Positions 1 to 13,305 of a DNA stretch of 64,000 bases are shown one piece after another (the stretch's first letter is position 1; each line of letters opens with the position of its first letter). The stretch covers positions 1 to 64,000 of the forward strand of contig JBPGPT010000002.1 of assembly GCA_051047955.1 (NCBI GenBank), read 5' to 3'. The stretch is from Cystobasidiomycetes sp. EMM_F5. Taxonomy: Eukaryota. Position numbers and translations under genes: made by a program. The notes beneath the pieces were generated by a model. The model made no database searches. It had not been told where the DNA came from and saw nothing but the letters and a program-made list of their open reading frames with translations.

Positions 1-123
1 TCACTTATCGCCAACCTACTCTGGGTTCGACGTAGCGAGGCGCTTTGGGGAGTTGGAAGTTGATGATGTATCGAGAAAACTGACTTTGTCAGCAGCAGTA
101 GTAGCAGGAGGGGAATTCGACAT
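1..123 (-). CDS. 5' exon of an unknown protein running off the left window edge
   Basis: ATG at 123 reads MSNSPPATTAADKVSF...SNPE, followed by a GTAGGT donor-like site. Divergent from the RING gene. No recognisable domain. Confidence 0.35.
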
Positions 124-260
124 TGGTGTTCGCACAGAACACGCTATGGGAAGATGCAGAAGTGTGTAGACTGTGTCGTGCATGTAAAGGAGGAGAGAGA
201 AGGCTTGGATCTGACGCAATTCGAAACCGGCAACTGCAATCAAAGCCAGAGAAGGGAGAT

Positions 261-3200
261 ATGGAGGATACTGGCTCGAGCAGCAGTACTCTGAGGCAGA
301 GACGGCGAAACCACATCGTCACATCTCGTGCAGCTGAAGCCCATCCAGCAGTATCCTCAAACGAGCGGATCACCAACGTCCGAGCCAACGCTTTGCAGGA
401 TCAGCTGGAGGGTTGGAGCAATTCAAGTCGCAGGCCAATAGAGCATCCTTCCCGCAACAGCGCGGACATTCCCACGACTTTGAATCCACTTCCAGCACCC
501 GCTCTGCCTTCCTCTGCTGCTGCTTCGCGTCGTCAGTCTGCACCGTTACCCTCTTTACGCCGCCACAATCGCAGCTGACTTGGTTTCCACCTTTTGCTTT
601 GCCCAATCCAATTGACAACATACCCTTCCAGTCCCTTCATTAGATCTCGCACTGCAGTTTGGTGAACCCTTCACCTCAAACAGCCTGCTCGCCCACAGTG
701 CGACTGGCCAACGCCAACACCGCTTCCCTATTACCCCTATTCTCGACTCGGGCGGCCAAGGAGGTTCCGAAACAAGAACAAACGGAGTGCAATTGCGGCT
801 ATCGAGTGCGAGTAGTGCAGACCAGGTCAGCACTGGTCTTGGTGAATACAGGCCACTCTCTCGTTCGGATATGGCCAATCTCTCTGCCCACCCGCTCGGG
901 GCATCCGACTCGAGACGCGCCGTTGGTTCAAACTCGTCAGGAAGGCATCTTGCGAGCCTGCCGGTACCAGGCCGGCTCACTACGACAGGAGCGCGCAGAC
1001 ATCTGCCATCATCCAGGTATCCCATCGTCTTGAGTGCTAGTAGTCAGCCCGCTCGCCGCGAAGATATGACTCCTCCGCTACTCGAGCTGTCTCCGCATTC
1101 GCTGACCAGCTTTAAGCGATCTTTCGAGGAAGCAACAAGCGAAGGAGCGTCTCATGGAGGGTCTTCTACATCTCCTGATACTTCAGCATCATTCAATGCG
1201 TCCTTTTCCTCACCTTCGCCTCCTTCATCCTCATCGCCACCCTCATCTTTACCTCGTTTCGATAGTATGTGCCAATTTCTGCAAAGTATGTTTGTTGCTA
1301 ACGTACGTTTGTTGTCAGACTTGAGGTCATTCTCTGATTCCCTGAAAGACTGGTTGGCTGCTCGAACTAGATCGACAGAGTATTCAGCCCTAGTCAACAT
1401 TGATAGTTCCGATATCCCGATCCCGAGCGGTTCTTCATCTGCAGTAGCACTCGCTCATTCACCGCCTACCCCACCTACACATCTAAGAAGAAAGCGAAGA
1501 CGGTCCAGGACTCACCAACACGGTAGTCAGAATGAGTCGGTAGTCGACTTGCCGATCGCCGCACGGACCCTCTCGAATGACACCGGCCGTGAAGTGGCCA
1601 GCTTTCATGATGCGTATCCGGAAGCAGCATCGTTTGATGTGCTACCTTCAGCCCCTTCGCTTGCAGTACCGCCTCTTACGTTATCTCAGCCAGAACCATC
1701 TAATCTAAGCCGATATATCGATAACCTGATGGCAAGGGACTCCGCGACCCACCCTTCACTTCTTGCGTTTCCTCACGCATCACCACTGCTCGACGACCTG
1801 TCTGTGGACGGCACAAACGACAATGACACTGCCGCCTATACATCTGCTTTACTTTCGCCTACTATCTTTACGGTCGGCGATGAGGATCGGCATCTCATCC
1901 GCCGGAACGTGTCAAGTGTAGTGGTCGATGCTGATACTACCGCGATGGTCGATTACAGCATGCCTGCACCATTGCAGTCAGCATTTCCGATCAACAACGA
2001 CGCATTTGGCGTTGTGACACGAACTTTGCCTGATCTTCCACCTCCCAGCCAGCTACAAGCTGCCGATCTACATGATTGGACTGGGATGCGACTCGCAGGA
2101 ATCAACGACGCTATCCTTTCGCATTCGCCGGGACCGACCGAGTCCGTGACCTCGACAATTCCGGCGCTGCCCGCTTATTCGCCCATTTTTGCGCCTCGCA
2201 GACCCTATCTACAGCGTAATAGAACAGCAGTGTCCCCGCCCGAACAGTCCCCGTTGTCCAGTCCTGACCTCCAGTTGCACGCTCCGTCCGAAGGTCATGC
2301 TTTTCCTTTTGGCTTCACAGCACTGAGCTCGGCGGACAATTTGTCTTTGGGTGCCTCGCCGTATCTGTCGGATCCGGCACAATCAGAGGATAATTTCGAA
2401 GATGACGATTACGTCGATGACGAGGAGGAACAGGAGGCGGAGGAGGACGAGAGCGAGGATGAGGATCAGGATGAGGATGAGGAGGAGCCATCCAGCGAAA
2501 GAGACGAAGACCGCAATTACGCAGTAGAGAGCGAAGATGAATGGATTCGAGATGCATCGGAGGAAGAATCAGACGATGAGACGGACGATGGAGATGAAGA
2601 AGAGGAAGAAGCGCCCATCATCGGAAGTTTTGGCGACATTGACGATGATTCGCCCGATTCGCGCCCTCGGCCATTACTACCAGCTTACCCTTGGACCGGC
2701 CTGCATAGTGCTGCTCCACCTGTAACCCTGCCAGAGATTGGTATACCCACATCCCGGTTATCTATCGACACCGCCTTCACGTTGGCCGACCGGGAGAGCA
2801 CGTACGATGAAGCGTCTATCCCAAGACGGACTGCTGCGGCAGGTAGCACAGTCAATCATGATCCAAGACTGCGCCTACCAGAAATGCGCTACGGGCCGAA
2901 TCCTATCCCAGTCAACAACACACCGTGGATGCCATTCAATGACAATCATCGGGCTGACGACATCAGCGATCTGATCGAACGTCGTCGCAGTATTGCGCAG
3001 GAAGTCGAAGGTCTACAAGCGCGATCGGTCTCGAACTCGAACGGGCGTGACAGTGGACCCTTTGGCGCAGCGAATCATCGCATGTCCAGTACAAGTAGAC
3101 ATATGTCAGCTTCAGCGCAGATATCGTCTGACACTCAGTATGACCACGAGTCGTCGATGCGTAGCCTCGCAGCTTTCCGTAACACCGTAGCAGAACTGTC

Positions 3201-5716
3201 TCCTCGTGATTCGACTACTCCGCTTTGGCCACCATCACGCATCGATAGAGGAAGTGCAGCTATTACTCAGGCGATAACACCTAATGAAGCTAGCTCAACT
3301 GCAAATGCATTCCCACATCTATCATCTTCGTTCGTGCCGGGTCGGCCGGCCGCAAGTCGCCTACCTCTCCCTATCTTCCGCCGGCCGGGATCATTGAGCA
3401 ACGGAGTGATGCGAGGCCCAACACGCTCGCGTAACGAAGCCTGGCTTCGTAATCAAGGAATTGATTTTGTTGATTCCTTTTCGCCTTCGCCCGGAAGCAG
3501 TCAGCCACCCATTCATGCAAACAATGATGCAAGTCGACATCTCGAAAATCCTGCCACTCGCCAGCATGACTTTGAAGCTTCTCGCCAAGTACAACCAACA
3601 AATATCGCATACGGCAGGTCGTTGCTGAATGAGCTTGATCGATATCCTGTCGGGACATCTGTGTCTTCAGAGATGTCTCGCCAGCGCGCCACATCCGCCT
3701 CGCAGCAGTCTAGAAGGCATGCAGGCTTCCGACCACTCACAACTCTGAGCAGCAACACCGATGGGACAGCGTATGTGGACAGATCACGACCAGCCGTACA
3801 GGATGCAACGCGTCGGCATAGCTTCCGGCCAGAAGCTCCGGTCCGCATCCAGGGCGATATACAACTTCCACAGCTCGATATCCTCCGACCAGTCTCGCCG
3901 TTGTTTGGCAGATCAACATCGACAGCGTTGCACCCTCTTGCTGAAGAGCCGGCTACCACAATCGCCGAAACACCTCAACTACCCTTGCCCAGCTCTGCTG
4001 CCCGCCCACCTGCGTCATCCAATGTTCAAGCTCGTCCAAGGCAACAACGTTGGCTTTCACATGATTCCAGCCAGCCTCTGTCCGCTCAGCTTGCTGCTGC
4101 CCGAAGACCCAGCGCGAATGATGCGGAGATTTGGGAATGGTTCAATTGGCGTCGTGACACGGCTCCTGTCGACAGACTCAATGGTTTGGGTGCTCTCGCA
4201 GATCAGTACGAACAGGACAGACGCGCTCGCCCAAGCCCGGAGCGGCCTACAACTGCTGCGTACCGCAGTATTGCGGGGTTGCCAACGAGCACTTCAGCAG
4301 AGTCCGTTCATGACGATACGGAAGAGGTCGATCTTAATTTGGGAGCGGTCAGACGACGTCTTGCCTCAATTCGGCATTTGTTGGATAACGTAAGCTTAGC
4401 AGGCTCGCTCTGCTTTGTGTGTGCTATCAGCTGATTTGCGGTATCTTCTGTTCAGATCGAGCAGAATCCAAACAATAGTCGTACTAGCTCGCAAGGCGTT
4501 GCATCAGCTGGCCATAGAGACCAAGGAGCCATGCAAATACTCGCCGCTCCTGCTAGCTTGCCAAACCCTGCCAGTCCGCTCAGTTTGAACGACGCGCACG
4601 AGCCGCCTGCGCCGCCTCCTTCAATCTGGCTTCGTCGCTCGATAAGCGGGGGATCTGGTGTTCACCCGAATGCGCAAAATGTACCTCCCGCGCACAACCG
4701 GCCGGTCAACATCATGCCTCCTGCATCAAATAGCAATCGCCACTCACAGTCCGACCCATTCAGACTAGAGCTGACTTCTCGCCCCACGCAAGCTACCGAC
4801 CATTTGAATGAAATATACCGGCGGGTCGAGGCAGAATTTGCTGGGCGCGACCGGAGGGGTCCTGCTAGAGAACAAGGAACGGCTAGCTCTGCGAGTCACC
4901 AGTCGAATCTCGCTCGGGCGCGTTCGTTCCGAAGAATCGCTCAACAACATAATCGACAGCAGCAAGCGCAGGCTACGTCCATCGCTCCTCAGCCAAGCTC
5001 GGCGAGCTTCCTCAGCCACCAATTGCTCGAAAACATAGCCTCCCTGCGCGCTGGAACGACTTCGGACACCGCGGTGACCAACCGTCTTTTCCTTTCGGAT
5101 GATGACGACAGTGAAAACGACATGGGTTCCAACGTAGCGGTAAGACGATATGCTGCCCGACATCATCTGCCCGTGCGGAGGACCTCTTCTCCGGATTGGA
5201 CTTCCGCCACAAACAATGCCAGACCTGCGGGAGACCGCAGTCAATGGACGCCGTTTTTGTGGCGCTCTCTTCGGCAGAATGGACTCGTCAATACTAGCTC
5301 GGTTGGCGATAATCTTGCTTTGGATCCAGCAAATTATTTACCAGATATTGGCTTTGACTCGTCTTATGAGGCTTTGCAAGCCTTGAGTGAGCAGCTAGGC
5401 GAAGTCAAGCGGCGAGGAGCGGACGGAAGCGCAATCATAGCCGGCCTTCATCGGTTCAGATACCAGATCCCCGCCTCGACAGCGTCTTCCGACTCAAGGA
5501 CGCGCGAAGTGCGGTGTGGCATATGCCTCGAGGATTATTCGCACGGAGATGAGTTGGCGACCAGCCGAAAATGCGGTCATGGGCTGCATTCCGCTTGCTT
5601 TGAGGTAGGCGGCGCTCGCAAGCGATTTCGCACAACTATCGAGTGCTAATGCTAATTCACAGCAATGGCTGAATGTCAACAACACTTGTCCAATCTGTCG
5701 ACAGATAGCAGTATAG
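261..5716 (+). CDS. Large intrinsically disordered protein with C-terminal RING-H2 finger (probable E3 ubiquitin ligase)
   Basis: ATG 261. In-frame introns inferred at ~532-631, ~1265-1318, ~4390-4455 and ~5606-5662. C-terminus reads SYEALQALSEQLGEV...CGICLEDYSHGDELATSRKCGHGLHSACFE|QWLNVNNTCPICRQIAV*, a C3H2C3 RING-H2 pattern. Acidic tract at ~2400-2610. Confidence 0.85.
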
Positions 5717-5855
5717 TATTCGTTGTTAGATAGCCTGTATACAAGTTAGAGGGTAATCGACGTTGGGACCTCGTTACATTCTTGGTATTTCTATGTAGCA
5801 TAGAGTGTACTAGAGACAATTATACTGGCCAGGAAGAAAGCTTCCTTTGACAGCC

Positions 5856-7192
5856 CTAATGCCGCTGTAATCCTTCTCTGCCATGACCCTTCGATCCAGA
5901 CCAAGTTGACTGTTCACGTCTCCGCTTCTTTTCTTGTTCTTCTAGAACGATAGCTTCGACAGCTGACAGAGGTCGCTTGTTTGGCGGCGCTGATGAGCTA
6001 GCCTCGGCCGATGACTTAGAAGAGCCAAGCCCCGCCTTGAACGGGTTCGTCTTCGATGCATTTGGCTTGCTCATCATTTTAAGAGGATTGACTTTTGGCT
6101 TCGTGGAGGTCGCCAACGAGATACTCGTCGTTGATGTAACAGGAATCTCCGACGCTCCAGGGCTCGCTGAGGCGGCTGCGTCCGCTTCGTTAGCCACAAG
6201 ACTGCTTCCAGTCCCTCCATTATCGGCCTCAATGGTTTGTGCTGGCGTTTCTGTGTCGGCAGCATCTTGGTCTTCTGCACGCTCCTTGCCCTTACCATTG
6301 CCATTATGTGCGTCGTTTGCAGAAATCCCAATGGATAGCTTGATAGGTTGCATTGCGCTAATGTCAATCGCTTGTGAGGAAGATTCATGCTCGTCATCTC
6401 CATCACGAGTATCATCATCGTCGTCACCATCACTGTCGCTGTCACCAGACTGAGAGCTTCGCGAAGTAGATGCTTCCGCGTTACCCTGCCCTCGCAATCG
6501 TTCCTCCTCAGCTGCTCTGGCCCGTTCCATTTGCTGATTCATCAATCTGCGTTGTCTCTCTTCATCGTCAATGTCTGCACGTTCCTTCTTTTTCGAGGCA
6601 TCCTGTCTAGCCAGCGCCTTTGGGGAATTGTCTATCCAAGCGATGAACCAGCCCTTTTCCGTTTCGTCAACGTGACATATGCCGCTCTTGCCGAGATATT
6701 GGATAAAGGATGACAGAGTGACCCATCGCGTTGCATTCATGTGACTGTGATGCTTGTCCTGAATGAATTCTTGATAAACCTGGTTTGCACGAACTCGCTT
6801 GGTGCCCCAGCGCCGACTGAGGAGTGCCAGGAAATCTGATTGAAACTGCCGACTGTAGTCTGAGATGTAGCTCCCAGCGTTCTCGCCTACGACAAGCATC
6901 TGTCTGACGTGGCCTTCCGACAGCGAATGCTGTTTGAATGCATTCTCGTCTCTGCCGAAACGTTACATTCAGTCAGCACTTACCCAGCTAGAGCAATGCT
7001 CGTCGGCTCACCTGCACTGCTTCTGGCACACCTGGCAGTACCATCTGAGCCTCTGCAAGCCCTTGGACTTCATAGCATTGGCTATGGCCTGTCAGGATGA
7101 CCGATTTCAGCCCTCTGGCCGGTCCAACTTTTGCCCACGCAGTCATCACGGCGACTGACCTTTGGCGTTCCGGCCTCTGCTCTCTTCCCCAT
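5856..7192 (-). CDS. KIN17: KIN17/Rts2 zinc-finger DNA/RNA-binding protein
   Basis: Spliced N-terminus MGKRAEAGTPK|AIANAMKSKGLQRLRWYCQVCQKQC, then HMNATRWVTLSSF and DETEKGWFIAWID, typical of the Kin17 middle domain. Confidence 0.93.
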
Positions 7193-7448
7193 GTTTGCAG
7201 TCTATTGCAGATTGGGCAGGATTCGTATTGTTGGACAGATTGGGTAGCGGGTTGACCGGGATCCAAGGTGTTGACAGCAACCCCCTGGCGGCTGTTAGCT
7301 AACGAGGATCGTGGTCCGGCGACCTGATATCCAGTAGACATTCAGACCTACGACAATCATCAAGCACATTCTCAGAGCAAGTTTTCATCTTTCGTGGGGT
7401 CACGCAAGCTGCCTTGAACCGGTGGAACCGTCTCACTTGACTGTTGGA

Positions 7449-10400
7449 ATGGCTCGCAAAGCCGGAGAAGGGTCTGACGGCCCGCGAAATTATCCCGATA
7501 ATATGCAAAGGACAAAAGGCAAATCGTCTCACGCAGTCCAGCAGAAACCTGGCCTGTTGTCGGTCGGCGCAAGTCCGCCACTCGTCGCGCTTACCACATC
7601 GTCACATAGCGGAGACCCCGGCAGAGGCAATGTCGAAGACTCGTCCACAGCACTCAAGAGTCCCTCACTATGCACTTCGCGACAGGCTACAAAACGCTTT
7701 CCGGGCAGCACTGGTGACCGAAACGAAGATATAAGCGAGGAGGTTATATTATGGACGGAAGAGACAGCCTCGGCCTTGGCGAGACGAGATCAGGCTTCCG
7801 CACTGTCATCAGGATATGCATCTTCTCCCAGAATAGCGGAAGCCAACGGCCAGGATCGTGACGAGTGGGGCCGAGAAAAGCCGCTGAAGAGCTCACGTCT
7901 AGCTGGCAGAAAGCGGGGATGGCTATCATGGGGCCCGTATCGTGACAGTCATTCGAACATCACCAGTGCTAGGAGGAACAAATTGCACACTGTGAAAGGA
8001 GACAATCACTATGACCGCTTCTTTTTGCGAAAAGTTTGCTACGGCTTGGTGTGTGCCCTACTCGGATACCGACTGTACCATATAATCCATTCTCGCTACC
8101 TTGCTCCGTCTCTCGACATCCATCTCCCTCCTCAGACTTCTCTTCTCTTGCCACGAACACATCCGGCATGGCAACCGCCCTTTAATTGGTTCGACCCACC
8201 GGACAGGCGATTAGCCAACGCTACAAAGTTGGAATGTAAGACATTGCTCCTATACAAGGTATACTGAGTATTAACGAAGAACGTCTATGGTATCGACAGA
8301 TCGATTGAACTCGTACTATACCCCCAGACACACGAGAGAAGATCTCGATAATCTGCCTTCGCGCTGGGATGGGGAGGATACATACTCGAACGATACTGAT
8401 GGGCCAAAAGCGTTCCCGGTCACACTTGTGCTCGATTGCACAACTTCCAACCATTTCTCGGCGGACACCGGCCCATCAATGCTCAACGCGTTCCTGCAAG
8501 TCATGTCTGATTCGAGGAACCCTCCATCCGATATCAGGATTCTGATTGAAGCGGGACAGGGCCCAAACGACCCCACTCAAGTATATGGGTACAAAGCTGC
8601 CTGGACGACTCTGCACTCAATAGTGGAGCCTGGATTGAATGTCGCACAGTCGTCAACGCGACAGACGGTCATCCAAGACTTGCAGGCCCCCTTCGTATTG
8701 GTTACGGGGTGTCCTGCCCACAGCATTGAATCGAATACTGCCTGGAGGTACGCCGAACACATCAGTCAGCTGATGCGCTCATTCACGCGCATTGCGTTAA
8801 CCGACTTATATCACAATGCCGTGCTCGCCACTGCCGGTGTAAAGCTGGGACATGCTCCATCAGATCGACTTTCTCAGAAATCCGACTTTATAACATTTTC
8901 TGCTGAGCCGGCAGACAGAATCACCTCCACTCATATAATCGAAACAACGGAAATTGATATTCCAGTCTCGACGGCATTTTTTCCTTCTTACTTGATCACA
9001 CAGCACGCTTGGAAAGAGAACTACACGGGTATCGACGACTCTGCCGCTCTTTCAGCCACGAGGCGTCTTCCTTTCGCTTCTGCATTGGCTGTCAAAATCC
9101 GATTGGCATCCGAATTTGTAGTTCGCATCTTCGGTTTGCCGGTTGTTGGTAAGCAAGGGATCGGATCACATAGCTTTTCAAGCTTGACGGAGGCCTTGAA
9201 GAATCCCGTAATTTCGGACGCAGTAGCCTCATTTCGACAACCGGCCCCAATATTGAAACCCGCTTTCCAGACAGACACAGATAGCCCAGTCAAGGCTGGA
9301 TCTGCTGCTAGGATAGCGGTCCTACTGCAGGATATTGATTATATACACGAGTGGTTCCCTCTTATATGCGCATTTGCAGGGGAGCAACATCATGGTCACC
9401 TCGTCACCATCTTTTCGGCCAACGGTAACGGTCAGCTTGCAAGACTGTGTCACGATGTTGAAGTGGTACAACTGTCCCTCCGATCATTGCAGTCCTTCTC
9501 TGCAGATATTTGTTTGGCCGGCGCGAACGAAAATGTGAGCCACTTCGCACGCGACTGTACGCTTATAGCACTGTGTCGAGATGATCTGGGGCTGCTGGAC
9601 TGGCTGCCGACGCTATCGCTAGAAAGTCTGCAAAGTTAGTGCCTAGGTATTGGGGGTACTACCTACTTACTAATATACTGTATTCCACGAACAGACTGGT
9701 CGACCCCTCAAATCGACCTCGTAGTAATCACAAACGATCGCCCAAAGTCACTACACCGCTTATTGACCTCACTGAGACGCGCACACTACCTCGACGATGA
9801 GGTAAACCTTCTTGTGAACATGGAGCAAACCAGCGACTCCGTTACCACCTCGATGCTGTCAGATTCGCGGTGGCCGTTTGGCAACTTTGCCCTGAGACAC
9901 CGGATCGTACTCGGCGGTCTCATGACCTCGATAGTCGAAAGCTGGTATCCCCTAAATAATGACAGCTATGCTGTCCTGCTGGAAGATGATGTGGAAGTAT
10001 CGCCTCTCTTTTACGCATGGGTGAAGTTTACAATTCTACACTATCGCTACGGTTCTGCTGCAGCAAAGCGCGATAGCCGGAATATCTTTGGCATTTCTCT
10101 GTACCAGCCCAAGTTGCTCGAATTGCACCCTGATGGCCGCTCCAGGTTCGACGCACACAAGGTGTTTGGAGCCATGGGCGTTTCACGAAATACGCCATAT
10201 CTTTCGCAGATACCTTGCTCGTGGGGAGCCTTGTACACTCCGGAGGTATGGAGGGAGTTTCATCAATACCTGCAGATCAGGTTGGCGGAGACCACAATGT
10301 CCAAGCTCGAATTGGCCGATCCCATCGTGGCACACGTTCGATCAAATCGCTGGCCGCGCAGTTGGAAGCGATACATGATTGAACTGATCCATTTACGCGG

Positions 10401-10932
10401 TTATGTCATGCTCTATCCCAATTATGCAGATTTCCGTTCGCTGTCGACCAACCATCTTGAGCTCGGGACGCACGTCAAGGATGGCGCCCTAGCGGATAAG
10501 CGACGCAAAACTTTCGAGGTTCCATTACTGAGCGAGCAAGATACCTTGCTAGAAGGCCTGCCTGGCGGTAGACTACCGCCACAGCAGCATTTGCCAGTCC
10601 TCGACTTTTGGGGTAGCCTCTCAACGGAGGAGGAGTTGCTACATCGTGGGCGGACGACTCGAGCCGAACTAGAGCTTTGCGAATCGGATGAGCTTGATGA
10701 TATGGATCGACCTTGGCGTTTCGATGCAAGCGAGTTGCTCTGTCTCCATTCTGACCGCTCGACAGACTTGGAAGTACATCACACGTTGGAGGATGACCTG
10801 CAGATTGTAGATTTACGTGGCTATCCTACCGAGGATTCTGTGGAAGATCTGACAGGCGTCGAGGCGTGGGATGATGAGCCCATGCAGTTTGACTTTGATG
10901 ATGATGACGAGACAAGCGTAGGGGAAGAGTAG
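7449..10932 (+). CDS. Type II membrane glycosyltransferase-like protein (GT-A fold, GT2-like C-terminal domain)
   Basis: Three ORF blocks joined by introns at ~8236-8299 and ~9637-9694. Hydrophobic segment near 8020-8090. C-terminal domain has ITNDRPKSL, VLLEDDVEVSP (DxD-like) and QIPCSWGA motifs. Confidence 0.75.
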
Positions 10933-11277
10933 CTGTGAACGGGTCCAGGGTCGTATAGCATTGTAAGTGGACTATTGGAGTGTAGCATTACGTGCATTCA
11001 TGCAGCTGCAATGTGAAAAGCTTTGAAGTGTGTGTTTATTTGCTTCCACTGCCTGTCGACACGATCCAGGCACCGACGCGGGGAGCTGAAGCGCTTGGGT
11101 CGCTCGGACGCCGTTCAAACGGTTTGCTCTGCACCATCTACGCTCTGAGCGCAACGCATCCACACTCTCTGCCTCACGTCGAATCTGCAGTAGTCACCAC
11201 TGGCTGGTAGCTCTGCTCTTTACGTCGACCACACACTATCGCTACATCCACAAACTCACTCGAAACCCCACGCGCAA

Positions 11278-12325
11278 ATGCCCTTTATCCGATTCTTGTT
11301 CTCTCGGTCAGAGCCGACCCTAGAGGAGGACCTGCCAGTATACACGAGCCCAAGATGTCAACAGCTTCCGCCATACTCCAGACGGTCTTCACACACGAAG
11401 CAGCTGTCGACCATTCCCGAGGTCGACGAAGACGCCGAAATTGCCGAAGTCGATTCGCGTCAAGCGGATGATGCAGCAGCAGCAGCGTATCGAAGCAGCT
11501 TCAATCAGCGCATCCGCGTCCCGCAAGCGCTCCTGGTTGACGCTTCGACGACACTGTGCGCCTACCTGTACTTTGTAAGTTCCGAATCTTGACGCGTCGG
11601 TACTGCACGTGGTGCCTAAACTTCATGCATTGTTCAGTCATCGTTACAAGCTCGACTAGTTATCCAGCAACAGTCGGCAATCGAAGCTGTGTCGTCTATT
11701 TGCTCGCACATTCCCCTCGACGCTGATGATTCGGTACTCGAATATTGCGCACGGGGCATCGCGAATTTACAGGACTCAGTTCAGCAGAATTCCTACGTCT
11801 CACATCGCTCAGCCATACTCTTCACCTTATTCAAAGCTCTCCTTGGATATCTCCTTCTCGCCAGAGTCCCTTCTACTATCCGTCCTTTCGACTTCCTCGT
11901 CGTTTCCGGCGCGGTCCATTGCCTAGCACTCGTACGTTTGCCTTTGAGTCTGGACGCGCACACCGCAAGTCGACTAACGCAAAATGTACAGTACTGTCTC
12001 TTTTTCGTTCCAGTCGCCGCGCACTTTTACCACCAGCCCATTTCTAGCGAGTCAATATGGCTTACCATCTGTGTCAAATTCGTATGGATCCTTGTATTCG
12101 TACGTGTCCAAACTTACGCCCGAGATGTCCCACGTATACTGGCTAAGCTGTTTGTGCTCACAGTGCTTTGCTTGTGTCACTTTAAAGCAAGCGACTGCAG
12201 CGTGGTACCGCGCACGTCAAAGTCGTCAATCCATTACTTTGCCGGCTCAAGCATGTCAAGTACAGATCTTTATTGAAGATACTGATGAACGGAGCTCTGT
12301 CGCGCAGCTGGTCTCCGCGGTCTGA
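11278..12325 (+). CDS. Hypothetical multi-pass membrane protein
   Basis: ORFs 11278-11592 and 11689-12276 join in frame through a GTAAGT...TTCAG intron (~11575-11637). A likely last intron at ~12205-12265 gives the end ...AQLVSAV*. Several hydrophobic stretches; N-terminal LPxY/PPY motifs. Confidence 0.55.
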
Positions 12326-12531
12326 GTGTAATGTAGGGCTTGGGAGGGGGTCGTGAGCAGTTGAAATGGGTTGTCAGTAATTTAATGACAGGCGCGTCTT
12401 GATGACTGCCTCAGTACGTAACACACATTGCGTCTATCATCGGCTGCTATTGTCATTCGAGACTTTTTCCGTAGTCCAAAGTCGTGCTGGGTCATGTGTC
12501 CAGACCAATACAAGCAGTCCCCACCCGAAGA

Positions 12532-13109
12532 ATGCCTCCACTAGGGTTAATATCCAGTTTCAGTCTGCTTGACAAGGCTGGGTATTCTTGCTATGTGCGC
12601 GCAGCATACTGCGATACTGGCACCGAATACCATGACGACAGCTCGCCGGGTACACGGACCTTCATATTGACGGACCGCATAGAGGGCAGCATCAACTTGG
12701 GAGACAACGTGGTCAGGTCATTGAAGGATGTTGGTATTCCCGACGGAGCAGAGGTCAGTCGTGGGCAATGCCAGACTCACTCCAGCATATTGATTTCAAA
12801 CGACCGCAGGTTCAGCTCGTCATCGAACTCATTGCTGCCAGCCATCCCAAGATCATCTCGCAAGAATCATACACATTTTCAGAGTCGTCATTCCGTACTG
12901 CGTCCTACATTTGTCACGGCACAGTCTTCAATCCGTCTCTCGAGAAAGCTCCTCGCAAGCTTCCGCCACCGCCAGTTGCAGTAATGACACAGTCTCATAT
13001 GCAGGATGAGAAGACTGCGCTGTTGGCAGACAAGGTCGAGAGCAACAGCGCTGTCACAGTTCAAAAACACACTTGGCTACCGACGTGGGCGTGCTGCAAC
13101 TGCGATTGA
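12532..13109 (+). CDS. Small beta-rich protein with a Cys-rich tail, resembling cytolysin domain-4-like beta-sandwich proteins
   Basis: ATG 12532. Intron 12754-12809 (GTCAGT...CGCAG) joins ...GIPDGAE to VQLVIEL... in frame. Ends WACCNCD*. Confidence 0.6.
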
Positions 13110-13305
13110 GAGGCCGTCGGCTTGAAGGTAATGACCATTACCTTGTAATGTGGACAATGGAACGCGTACGAGATTGCGGAATGACCCTACGGGAAAAGGA
13201 GCTCTGTATCATAGCCTTGTCCACTCGCGCCACTTTTTCGTCTTCAACAACAGCAGCGGAAGCATAAGTGCAAGAACATGCGTAATGTATGTAATCCTGT
13301 GATTA

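Noticed and set aside
2400..2610. GAG/GAT-rich repeat-like tract
   Set aside because: It simply encodes the acidic low-complexity region of the RING protein.
12291..12370. tRNA-like start (GCGCAGCTGGT, A-box-like)
   Set aside because: No TTCG T-loop/B-box or acceptor stem. The sequence is better explained as the last codons of the upstream gene.
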